This document shows, one piece after another, positions 29,429 through 42,516 of a stretch of 64,000 nucleotides of DNA. The notes below the pieces were generated by a model that did no database searches, was not told the origin of the DNA, and saw only the letters and a program-made list of their open reading frames with translations. The DNA comes from the human T2T-CHM13v2.0 reference genome, Homo sapiens: the NCBI RefSeq assembly GCF_009914755.1, contig NC_060944.1; one strand, 5' to 3'. Within the stretch, counting starts at the first letter, position 1. Every line of letters begins with the position of its first letter. The position numbers were made by a program, and so were the translations under genes.

Positions 29429-30564
29429 CCCTGAGGTGCCCCCGCCATGGGTTTCTTACCAACAATTTGGGAATGTCTGTTTTCTCCTGAGTGATGTCCC
29501 TTGTCATGGCCTGCTGTGGGCAGTTCATTCATTCTGGTTCAGAGTCGGTCCTGAACCCAGGCTGCAGAGCCCGGAACCTCCTAGTCCACAAAGGGCAGAG
29601 GTTCCTCCTGAAGAGGCAGGGAGAGGACAGGGTGTGCTGTGTCCACATCCTCCTCCCCTCCCTAGACAGCACAAGTCCCCAAAGTGCTTGGGATGCGAGG
29701 GTGGCCATCCACAGGGACCCCTCGGTGGGGACCACACGTGGTTAGTGCCAGGATCTGGCCTGGACCTTGGCATACATCCCCTCCTGGCCTCCCTGGGGAC
29801 GGGAGGGACTGACTGTGCCAGGGTTCCCAGGGCTGGGTTCTAAGGGAGCTTTTTAAAACCACTTCCTGGTCCGGAAAGAGGAGGACACCAATTAAGTGCC
29901 TGGCTGAGGCCTGAGACCCAAATGGCCTTGAGTCCAGTCTTTCACTTAAAGTCCAAGTTTCCAAGAACCTGTCAAAGATGGTAAGTGAGGACTGACTGAA
30001 CATGACTTTTGTGATAGAAGAGAGGGCGAGGAAGAGAGGGAGAGAGAGAGAAAGGGTTTGTACCGCGTGGAAGGGGATGAGTCCTAGCCCGAATCCTAGC
30101 TCTGCTGCGGCTGTGGCTCAGGGCCTTGGCTTTCGTCTCTTGAAAGTGGGGCTACTGACAGTTCCTGCCCGAGGGGGTAGTGTGAGGAGGCACGGGGCCT
30201 GCGCCCGTGGAAGCTCAGACCCTGTGGTTTCTCTGTTACTTGAAATATAGCCAAGTTGGGATCTTTCCAGAGACCCCTCAATTCGGGACTTCCTCCAAAG
30301 GACACATCTTCCGACACTGGAAGAAGCTTTCAAAAGAGCTCCCCAAAGGTGAGGAAAAAACACACACCATATTTTAGTTACAGAGATGTGGGATTTGGGG
30401 AAGAAAGGCTGGAAAGGAAGTTTCCATTTTTTTCCTCTGTGCTTCTGTACCTCTGAGTGCCCTGCGGCTCCTTGAGCAGTTCAAGGGGCGGCCTTGAACT
30501 TTGAAGAGGAGGCAAAAGTCAGTAAAGAGAATCCTCGTCTATGCCTCACTTGGCTTAAATTTCC

Positions 30565-30945
30565 CATAATGTTATCATCCTACTCGATGACCAGGGTACA
30601 TTTGTCCAGGCTAAGAAATCAACATTGCTACATTACGATTCACTAAATTCCAGACTTTATCTGGAGTTGACCAGTTTCTCCCTAATGTCCTCTTCCTGTT
30701 CCAGGATCCCATCCAGGGTGCCGCATCCCATTCAGTCGTCATGTCTCCTAGGCTGCTCTGGTCTGTGACAGTTTCTTACTGTTCCTTGCTTTTGATGAAC
30801 TTGACCGCTTTGGGGAGTACAACTCCAATGTTTTGCGAAATGCCCTCCGATCTGAGTATGTCTGATGTTTTCATCATGGTTAGACCAGGATGATGGGTTT
30901 CTGTCACGTCGTATCAGTAGAGGGTACATGATACCCACATGGCCT
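30565..30945 (-). mobile_element. Old L1M (L1MC4-like) 3' fragment
   Basis: CTAAGAAATCAACATTG..CTAATGTCCTCTTCCTGTTCCAGGATCCCATCCAGG..CTGTGACAGTTTCT. Confidence 0.7.
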
Positions 30946-31139
30946 TGTTTTTACTTTTAAGAAATTCTGGAAATGTCAACAATACTGCATATTTCTTATG
31001 GGATGTGTATCTGTATCTCAGCCATCGTATGTGGTAAGATGTTAACATTGCACTCTCCTGCAATCTGTCTCACTCAATCTCAGAGTCGTGGAGGTCCCCA
31101 CACCAAAGGGACCCCTGTGGTTAACTCTGAGGGAGGGTG

Positions 31140-31547
31140 GTGGGGACTAGTTATGGTCCCCTGGAACCTGTGAATGTGACCGTATTTGGGAAAAGTGTCT
31201 TTGCAAATATAGTTTAGGATCTCAAGATGAAATCCCCCTGGATTCGTGCAGGCCCCAAGTCCAATGACAAGTGTCCTTAGGAGAGAAGAGAAGAGGAGAC
31301 ACACACAGGAGCAGTCTATGTGAAGTCGCAGGCAGAGATTGGAGCAATGGGGTCGCAAGCCTGGGACAGCTAGAGTCCCCAGAAGCTGGAAGAGCCCAGG
31401 AAGGATCCTCCCCTATAGCCTCTGGAGGGAGTGTGACTCTGTCTACACCTTCATTGTGGACTTCTGGCCTCCAGAACTGTGAGAGAATAAGTTTCAAGCA
31501 ACGCACTTTTTAGTGACTTGTTACAGTAGACATGGGAAGCTAATACA
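31140..31547 (+). mobile_element. MLT1B/C-like MaLR LTR
   Basis: GAATGTGACCGTATTTGG...GACTTCTGGCCTCCAGAACTGTGAGAGAATAA...GGAAGCTAATACA. Confidence 0.82.
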
Positions 31548-31933
31548 GGCACCATAAATTGCTATTATTATTCTTATTCCACTTGTCCTTCAACCGAAGT
31601 GCACATCCCCATCTCAGCTGAGTGTAGCACAGCTGGGCTGTGTGCAAATTCCCCGTGACCAATGACAGTGCAATGTTAACATCTTCCTACACTCAGGGGC
31701 CTCTGGCTCTGCCGGCTGCCTTCCTGCAGGCCCTGTCCCTGGCGGGTGTAGCGCCCCCATCGCTACCTCCCTTGCTACATGATCTTTGAGGAAACTTTTC
31801 TGACATCCTGCAATCTGCCTTGACCAATTTCCTGGATGAAATTAGACCTCGTCACAAACATTGAACCATGCAGCTGCCTGAGTTCCTGGAGGCTGTGCCT
31901 CCCCCACTGGGTGTTTAGAAAACCGTCAGGCTC

Positions 31934-32238
<305 letters not shown>

Positions 32239-32493
32239 TCAGGCTGAAGCGGGGGAGGCTGGCGGAATGCTCTGGTGTGTGTCCTGGGAACTAAGTCCCG
32301 GGGACTTCCTAGGCACAGCCTCCAGTTCACACAGGCAGGAGAAACCAGAGGGTACAAAAGAATGTTTCGTGTCTTTTGGGGTGAATTTGGCTAAAAGTGA
32401 GTCCTCAGGGGAGATGCTAGTGGGGAAGAGACCAGGGTTAAGAACTTATCTGAGGGCAACAGAGCTGCCGCAAAGCTCGCTCCACTGAGTACT

Positions 32494-32712
32494 AGCCACT
32501 GACCTTGAGCAAGCTACTGACCTTGAGCGAGTCACTGACCTTGAGTGAGCCACTGACCTTGAGCGAGCCACTGACCTTGAGCGAGCCATTGACCTTGAGC
32601 GTGTCACTGACCTTGGGCGAGCCATTGACCTCGAGCGAGCCACTGACCTTGAGTGAGCTATTGACCTTGAGTGAGCCATTGACCTTGAGCACGTCACTGA
32701 CCTTGAGCGAGC
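32494..32712. repeat. 18-bp minisatellite (about 12 units, consensus GAGCCACTGACCTTGAGC) inside a MIR
   Basis: TGACCT recurs at 32500, 32518, ... 32698 with an exact 18-bp period. MIR flanks are visible on both sides (TACTAGC.. upstream; TTCATCTGCAGAAGGGGATAATAATGGTAC downstream). Confidence 0.95.
32500..32706 (-). promoter_or_regulatory. Candidate homotypic ERR/NR5A nuclear-receptor site cluster
   Basis: 10 x TCAAGGTCA, 1 x CCAAGGTCA and 1 x TCGAGGTCA on the minus strand. Function is inferred from motifs only. Confidence 0.5.
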
Positions 32713-34849
32713 AAGCCACCTGCCTCTCCAAGCCTCCCTGTGTTCATCTGCAGAAGGGGATAATAATGGTACTGGTAGCACAGGGTTGTTGGGAAGTGCA
32801 AGAGGGATGATGCTGACATTCTATGGAGCACTGTGTGTTGGTGCCGTCCCAGCACCCACTGGAATTGTGCAATACATCACGCTGGACATGAAGGGAAGGC
32901 AGCCTAGCATGCACCACCTCTGGCTGACTTGCTGTACTACAGAGGCACCTCCTGGGACTACCACTGGGGTAGTTTAGGGTGAAATCACCCAGACCAGGCA
33001 CTAGCTCTCCTGGAGGAATCCACCGCTTTCCAATCCAGAGAGCGACTTGGCATAGCCCGACTCCTTCCTGCTGCCCTCCAGACCATGCGCAGGTCCTTTG
33101 GGTTCTAAATACTAGGCATCGGAGGCTGAAGTTTCCCGGGTTGACCAACCCTGGCTCCTTATCTCTCCTATGCCCATGGCCAAATCCTCTGCTCTATATT
33201 TTCAGTTGGTTTCTTGTGCCCAGGCCTCCTGGTCTGGATCTCCTTCCTTCCTGGCCCAGACTCTCCAAAGCTCACATTCTCATCTCCAAAATGGTGCAGG
33301 GTTGCCATGAGGATTGTGTTCCGGAAGTCCTTCTTTGCTTGCTTGGGGTGTGGATGTAGGAAGGGTCCTACTGGCATGAGTGAGTGGTCCACTACTGCTA
33401 CCCAGGCCAGGCAAGGACTTCCCTGCCCCACCAGGTCACGGTGAGAATGGGTGTCAGCCGCTCATTGGCAAATGCGTGGGATCTCCATACTGGACAGGGC
33501 TGGGGAGCTCTCCAGCTGCCTCGCTGAACACCATTGCCTGGGTCCCGCCTGCCTCAGTAATCCCTTTGCCTAAGCCTTTCGCTCTGAAACACTTTGCCTG
33601 AACATCTTCCTGGATTTCCCAGCCCACCCTGATCCTCTCATTCCTCAAACCCATTTCAGGATTCACCTTCAATGACCAGCCCAGCGCCTGGCAGATTTTC
33701 CCTGCATCTTTGTGGCTTCCATGGCATTGATTTGAACTTGGCTTTGCTTCCCAGGTGACATAACGAGTATTTTTAAGACCCCCAAGAAGCTTCTGTGTAC
33801 ATTATTTAATCCTCACAATATCCCTGCCAGGTGGTGGTGTGAGTGTTACTGGCCCCATTTCACAGGGGGAAACTGAGGTCCCCAGAACTTAGGCTACCGC
33901 CCAAAGCCATGCAGCCAGTAGGGGGCAGAAGTGGGGTTTTGACCCCGTGCAGTGGCTATTCAGGGCCTGGGTTTCTTTCTGGAGTCCTTTCTGGAGCCTT
34001 TCTAGAGCCCTTCAAGCAGAGCAGGGGCTATTTAAGGTGAGTGAGGCCCTTCCCTCAGGCACAGAAAGCTGATCATCAAGATAAATACCATTTTCATGCC
34101 AAATGAATGCAAAAAATCCATGATGTACAAAATATCGAAATGTTAAAGTCAGGATGCAACCCTGCCCTTGCCCCACCCGCCTGCCTTACTTGCCCTCCCT
34201 ACATCCAGCCCTGGCTCCAGTAAAAAAATATTTACAAAAACAGATGACCAGCCTGCGGGCCGTCGTTGAACGATTTGAATTTTCATATAAAGGTTTGAGG
34301 TGTGTGCTCTTTCCCCACCACCTGCACCCCACGTTTTTATTATGAAAACTTTCAAGCATGCAAAAAAAGAGGAGAGAAGAGTTGGATAAACACCTGTCTC
34401 CTCTGTCCTTTTTATCCCCCACCCTGGATCCTAAGCACCTGAAGGCACGACATAGTACCTTAGACTCATACTGCTCCAAGCAGGGGCTTGGAGTGTAGCG
34501 GTATGAATACTTTGTACCAAGGTGGCATTTCTGGTCCACCCTGACCCTCTGGGTCAGAATCTGCATTTCTAAGATTCCCTGGCATTCTCCGGCACAGTCA
34601 GGTTTGAGAAGTGTTGGCATGGTGCATGCTTTGCCAGGAGACGGGACCTGGGTCCACATCCTAGTCCCGGCACGTTTTGAGTGTTCAGTTTGGCAGTGAT
34701 TGTTAGGTGCTGGACCACCTGCTAAGTGTTTCCCATACAAAACTCATTTAATCCTAAATAACAACTCAGTGGCTCTCAACCTGTGGTTCTGCTCTCCAGG
34801 GGACACTTGGCAATGTCTGGAGACATTTTTGGTTGTCAGTCTGGGGGCG

Positions 34850-35178
<329 letters not shown>

Positions 35179-36082
35179 CTAGTGGGTAGAGGCCAGGAAT
35201 GCTGCCAAATCCCCCACAAAGCATGGGACAGCTCCACCCCATAGCAAAGAATGATCCAGCACAAATGTGAGTAGGGCCGAGGCTGGAACACTGTGCAACT
35301 GCCTAGTGAGCTGGTCACTGTTATGATCTCTGCTTTGCAGAGATGGAAACGGAGGCTTAAAGAGGGGAGGGTTCCACAGCCACCACCCAAACGGTAGGTG
35401 GAGGGGCCGTGACAGACCCCTCGGAGGGTGGCTGTAAGAATCAAATAGGTCCTTTGATCAATTTTTTATGAAGCAGCTACTCTGTGTTAAGTCCTGGGAT
35501 CATGTAGTTCAGTGCTGGCACACAGTAGGCATTCAATAAATGCTGCTGCTTATCACAACAGAGCTGCATAACATTCATTGAGCACTCAGGAAGGACATCG
35601 TGGCCATTGTCCATGAGGCTCCAGTGACACTGTTCCAGCTCTGTTGTGTGGTGTTCCCATTTGGCTTCCAGCAAACACAGGATGTCCCTGTGGGCAGCTC
35701 GCTGGTGCTTCCCTGCTCTTTGGCACCACATTCCAGCTCTCTGTGCAGAGCCAGGCTGCCCAGCATGCTTCTGGAGCCCTTGGATTCACTTCCCGGGCTG
35801 TATCCCAGCCCAGCCCATCTGCTGTCCCACCAGGGATGTGCATCTCCACAGGGTATCTACAGTGCTGTTTGTAAACCTCAGGAAGCCGGATTCCTGGGAT
35901 AGGGCCCACATTCCCGGGGCAGCGGCTCCTAGAAACACTGGCAGCCTGGCAATATTCCGACATACTTATACTAAAAAATTATTCACTGCTTATCTGAAAT
36001 TCAAGTTGAACTGGGCATTGTGTATTTTATCTTAGCCCTAATTCCTGGACCACCCTCTTCTATCTCCCTTTCCCTGCTTTAG

Positions 36083-36805
<723 letters not shown>

Positions 36806-39800
36806 ATCCTGATTTAAATTTCATCCTAGCACGTAGACTCACCAGTTATGGTAGACACTGAATTGTTCTGTATTGCCATCTTCCCCATTCGCGCCTAAGC
36901 CCCATGGGACCCAGGCTGTCTGGATCACCCTGGTAACCAAGCCCCTCACACACTGCTTGCACACAGTAGGTGCTTAATGTGTGTCTGGAGGATGAAAGAA
37001 CACCAGCTCCCCACTCCCCAGGGCGTGTGTTAAGGGCTCTCAGGGACGGTGCTTATCAAGGGTTAACCTTGGGGCGCAGAACTTGAATTTGCATGCACTT
37101 TGACTACGGACCCCAGACAACTGCCAGGCAAATCTTAGGGAAATGAGCCCCTTAGGCTCTGGGAGAGGAGCAGCCCAGACTGGGGTGTTGGAGGGACCTG
37201 CTTCCTTTCCGCTGGCTGCCTGTCCCTGGCTCCCACCTGCCTGAGTGTCCTTTTTATAGCCGGCCATGGGCTCCCCCGGCTCTCCCCAGACAGTCGCCAG
37301 TGGGAACATTCCTGGGGCTTCTCGAGTGCCTCCAGGCTCCCGCCCTGATGGCTGAGGTCTGGATGATAAAGGACAATTAGGGATTCCGACTCCAGCGCCC
37401 ACCTGGCCTGGCTTCTATCAGAGTCCTGTAAAAATAGCCTGCCTCTGGCTATTTTGGGTCATGGAAAACCACGGGGAGACACACTGTTCTGAGGAGGACC
37501 GAGAAGGGAACCCAGAACAGCTAATCGCAAGCAAGCCCAGCTGCTCTTCCAGCAAAGAAGAATGTTGCTGAAGATCGCAAATTAGCAGCTCTATGTAAGA
37601 ATAATGGCACGGTGCACATGCAAATGTACCCCTACACACACGCACACACAGAGCACTCCCTCCTGTCTCCGCCTGGGCCACTGGCCCGCAGAAGCTGGCT
37701 TGCCTGGCCCTGGGACATTTGAGCTCGGCCCTGGGATGACTTGGCTGGGGGTGGGGTGGTGGGGGGGAATTCCTTGAGGAGAGTCTTGCATGGCAAAGGG
37801 CAGCCAGATTTCTCACTGTCAAATGAGGCATGAGGTTCACTTTGAACTCCTAGCTCATCTAGGTGGAAAGCTCTACCTTCTATGCAAAGAACTCTCCCAT
37901 GAAATGAACTCAGCCTCTCAAAGTCTCTTTGTTTAAAGCTAATTTAAGAACATTTTAAATGAAAAGGGGGTGCTAGAATCCCACCACCAGCTCACCCGGG
38001 TTCCAGTTTACATATTCCCTTCCTGATCCACCTGGGCGTTGTGCATCTGGTCTGTCCAGGGGCCTTAAAGTGACAGGAAGAATAATGAATGTTGTCAAGA
38101 GTGCAGACAGCTGGCTGCCGGCACCGCCCTGAGGTGAACGCAATGGCTTCACAGCTTTGCTGACCAGAGTGTGAGAGGCGAAGCTATCAGCGCCCTCGGC
38201 CCTCGGCCTTCCTCCTACCAGTGAGCCTCTTTCCCCATCTGTGACATGGAACAGGACCTACCTCACAGGTGGTTGTGTGGATTCCCATTAGATGAGGGTT
38301 GAGTGCAGGGCTGGGTTAAATCAGCGGACCCTGCAGGCTGTACCCTTAGCTTAGCTTAGCCTCTCAGCTGAAGATTTAGGTCATTTTAAATAGTCCTTTG
38401 TTATCTGAAAGGGCTCTGGAATTCTGCACCCACAACCTCCTTCCCTTCCCTTTTCTCTTCCCTTCTTCCCCTTCCCTCCACTCCCCACTTTTCTCTCACC
38501 TTAGGTGAGGTTCCTGGAAGTGGCACGAATACATTTTGCAGACCTGGCTCCAAGGACAACCAGCCAGGCTCCTTCAGGGGGCTGTGATCTCTGCGGGAGG
38601 GGTGGGGGCTGAAGGTCCCTGACCCCTCAACATCTGCCCAGCATCCGCCTGACCCTAGCCTAGTCTCACCTGCCTTTTGGACGGGAGCCTCTCTGCCTGT
38701 GCACCGGAGCTGCTCAGCGCCCACAGGCCCGTGCGGGTGGCAGCACTGCTCCTGTCCGGCAGCTGCTGGGGTCCTGCAAAGGGGCTGAGTTAGGAACCCC
38801 CATCTAGGGCAGAAGAGAAGCCTTAATTCCCTGGGGCAGTGCAGGGAGAGCCATAGCCTGCTTTCCCCTCTCTCCCTCCCTTCCCTTCTCTCTCATTTTC
38901 CCTGCATCCTCTCTCTCTCTCTCTCCCCTTTCCTTTTCTCTTCCCTCCCGTCTTGTTTCCATTTCCCCTAATCTCCAGGGCAGGCACAATTGTGCTGGCC
39001 AAGTGCCCAGTGGGGGTTTGGAGTGGGGGTCGTTTAGCTTCTCCTGCCCTGGAAACTAAACTGCAGTGGGTTGGGAGCCGGTAACAAGGATTTACGTTTC
39101 GGGGTTGCCCTCACCATTTCCTTTAACACATGAGTCCAAGGTGGCCGCACTGGCCGGTGGAGATGGAGTGGCAGCTGCCACACTTCCCGGATCTCCCCTC
39201 TGTCTCTAGGGTGATGCTTGGGTGGGTGAGGTTGGGGGATGGGCTTGGGGCCTGCAGCCTCCCCACAAAAGCCAGCTGTCCAGAATTCGGAGGCCAACAG
39301 GGAACAGTCCCCTGCCCTGGCCCAGGTGTCTGCCTTCTGAGTGGGCCCGGGGGGCCTGGGCTATGCACCCCCAGAGGTGGGACCTGCCCCCAGGATCACG
39401 GAGACATCCTTGCTTGGGGGGACCATTCTCTCTGTGAGGACTGTCTGGAAGAGGGCAGGCATCTGGGCCTCGCCTGTCCCCCTCCCTTGCGAGGGAGTAA
39501 TGAAGGAAGTTCTGGCTGCCCAGGCTGTTCTTTCCAAGGGACACTTCGTGAATGCAAGAGCCAGGACGATGCTGGATGGCACAAGAGCAAGGCCTATCCA
39601 GGCCCCTCGGCCTCCCAGCCAGTGGCTTGTACCCTCTGAGCCTCTGCCTCTCCCCTACAGGGCTGCAGGATGGACTGGGTGGGACCTCGGGGCGGGCGCT
39701 AACCAGGGCAGCCACTGCAGTACTTCTGAACTTGCAGAGGGGCCAACCTAGACTTCAGCAGAGATGGAGCAAAACCACCTGAGCGTGGGGGTCAGAGCCT

Positions 39801-40193
39801 GGGCTTAGGGATTAGGTGAGCACCTGTTGGAATCCTGGATCAGGGTCCCATGAGCCAGCGTGGCTTATGGTCCTTAGGCACCCTTTCCACCCCTACCCCA
39901 GGCCCTTGCTGTCCCCTGCCTGGCCTCCCTCTCTCACAAGACTCTCTCCTTTTGCTCAGTTGTCAAATTCTCTCACCACCCCCTTAAGAAATGATTAACT
40001 CACCCTCCTCTTCCTAGAGCTCCCTGCTCCCATTGCTGCCCTTCCTCCACAGCATGGACACCCTCTGTGCCACCTGGTATTTCACTGACTCCTTTAGGCA
40101 AGGACTCCATCCCTTTTATTCCTTGCACTTAGAATAGCACCTGGTACACAGCAGGTGTTCCATAAATATTTGTTCAATACACTTAATAAATGG

Positions 40194-40845
<652 letters not shown>

Positions 40846-42032
40846 TGATAAATGGTATGGCTTATGGTTCATCGCCAACAATGGAACCACATTTTGATCC
40901 TGCATCCGAGTTGCCAGAACTTTCAGGTACCCGTGCAGCAGAGATTTCCCATCTCTGGAATAAAGAGCAGGAGGAGGATGATCACTGCACAAGCAGCCGG
41001 GGGGCCTCACAGGTCCCTACATCCTGGGAGTGTACAGAGAGAAGAAAAGGAAGCTGTGGACTCGCCCCCACCACTCTGTGAAGGACTCACTGAGTTCTGA
41101 AAGCTTCCACAAGTGTCCGGGCAGCCCCTCAGCTCTTCACAGCAGGAAGCGGATGTGCAGACAGCCATAGCTCATTGTTGCAGCCTGGCATGTTTCATTA
41201 GTGGTTTCACAATCCACACTCTGGCCCTCTCTTCCTCTCTGCCTGCGGGGGGACGCTGGGGAGGCGAGTTCTGCCCCACAGCCTTGCACCTGAGCTCCGT
41301 CTGCTCCACGTTGCCTGAGCTCTAGCTCCCAGGGAGCGTCTGAAAATGCCCTGGCCAGAATCCCTGGGGAGCTGCAGCAATCCTGAACCGGGCCTCATCC
41401 CAGAGTTCCCGTGTATTTCATGCAGGTGTGGCTTGGGCACTAGCAGTTTTTAAAGTTCCCTAGGGAATTCTAATGCACAGCCAAACTTGAGAATTGCCCT
41501 GTTAATGGATCTTAGTGAATAGAAATAATATTAACTATCCTTTATGAAGCTGCTTCTGCCTGCCAATGCTTCTTCGCAAATGTCCCAAATCGAGCTCCCT
41601 CTGGGGGCCAGGCAGGGTGTGTAATTGGAAGAAGTGGACTGAGGGAGAGACAATAGGGAAAAGTGGGGACTGTGGTGAACTGGGGAACCACGGCCCATCC
41701 CAAAGGGGCAGCCACGGCTCAGTACAGCTGATTGTCAACACCCCAGAAAGCAGATCCAGTGGGTGAGAGCCTCCTACGAGTTAAGAGAAACAGGAAATCT
41801 GAATTTTAATGTGAAATTTGCCAGTTAAAAAATATTAGCAACTCATGGAGATTGGATGGGAGGCGAATCATGCTCCTTGGTTGAGTGGAGCCTGTGGGTG
41901 CCCAGTTTGAGGCCCTTGCTTCAGGTCCATTTATTTTTTCTTTGCTGCAATGTCCATGGGAGCTAGATATTTCCTATTCTCTTTTTAGAGGTGAGGAAAC
42001 AGACTCAGAGAGGTAAAATTGTTTCCAATTTG

Positions 42033-42516
42033 CTGAGGTAGGCAGAGTAATAGCTCCCAAAGATGTCCATGTCCTAATCCCTGCAACCTGTGATGTGCTA
42101 CCTTCCTTGCCAGGGGAATTAAGTGGCAGATAGATTTAGGGTTGCCGATCAGCTGCCTTTAAGAGAGGGAAGTTATCATGGGTTGCTGGGTGGGTCCAGT
42201 ATAATCACAGGGGCCCTTTAAATGTGGAAAAGGGAGGTAGGAGGGTCTGTGTCAGAATGAGGAAGACAAGACCAGTCTTTCCTGGCCTTGAGGATGGAGG
42301 AAGAAGCTATGAACCAAGGAACGCAGGCTTCTAGAAGCCAGAATAGGCAAGAAAATGGATTCTTCCCCATAACCTCCAGAAGGAGTGCAGCCCTGCCAAC
42401 ACTTGGATTTTAGCTCATCTTAGACTTCTGACTTCCAGAACTGTAAGAGAATCACTTTGTGCTGTTTTAAGCCACTGAAGTTGTGGCAGTTTACAGCAGC
42501 CCCAGGAAATGAACGC
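42033..42516 (+). mobile_element. MLT1D-like MaLR LTR
   Basis: GGTAGGCAGAGTAATAGCTCCCAAAGATGTCCATGTCCTAATCCC...CTTCTGACTTCCAGAACTGTAAGAGAAT..TTTTAAGCCACT. Confidence 0.85.

Noticed and set aside
32446-32810. Repetitive ORFs (SRSVAR / LKVSGS / LTLSEP repeats) and the CRISPR-like look of the array
   Set aside because: The open frames are a by-product of an 18-bp stop-poor unit. The repeats are contiguous with no unique spacers, and the DNA is mammalian.
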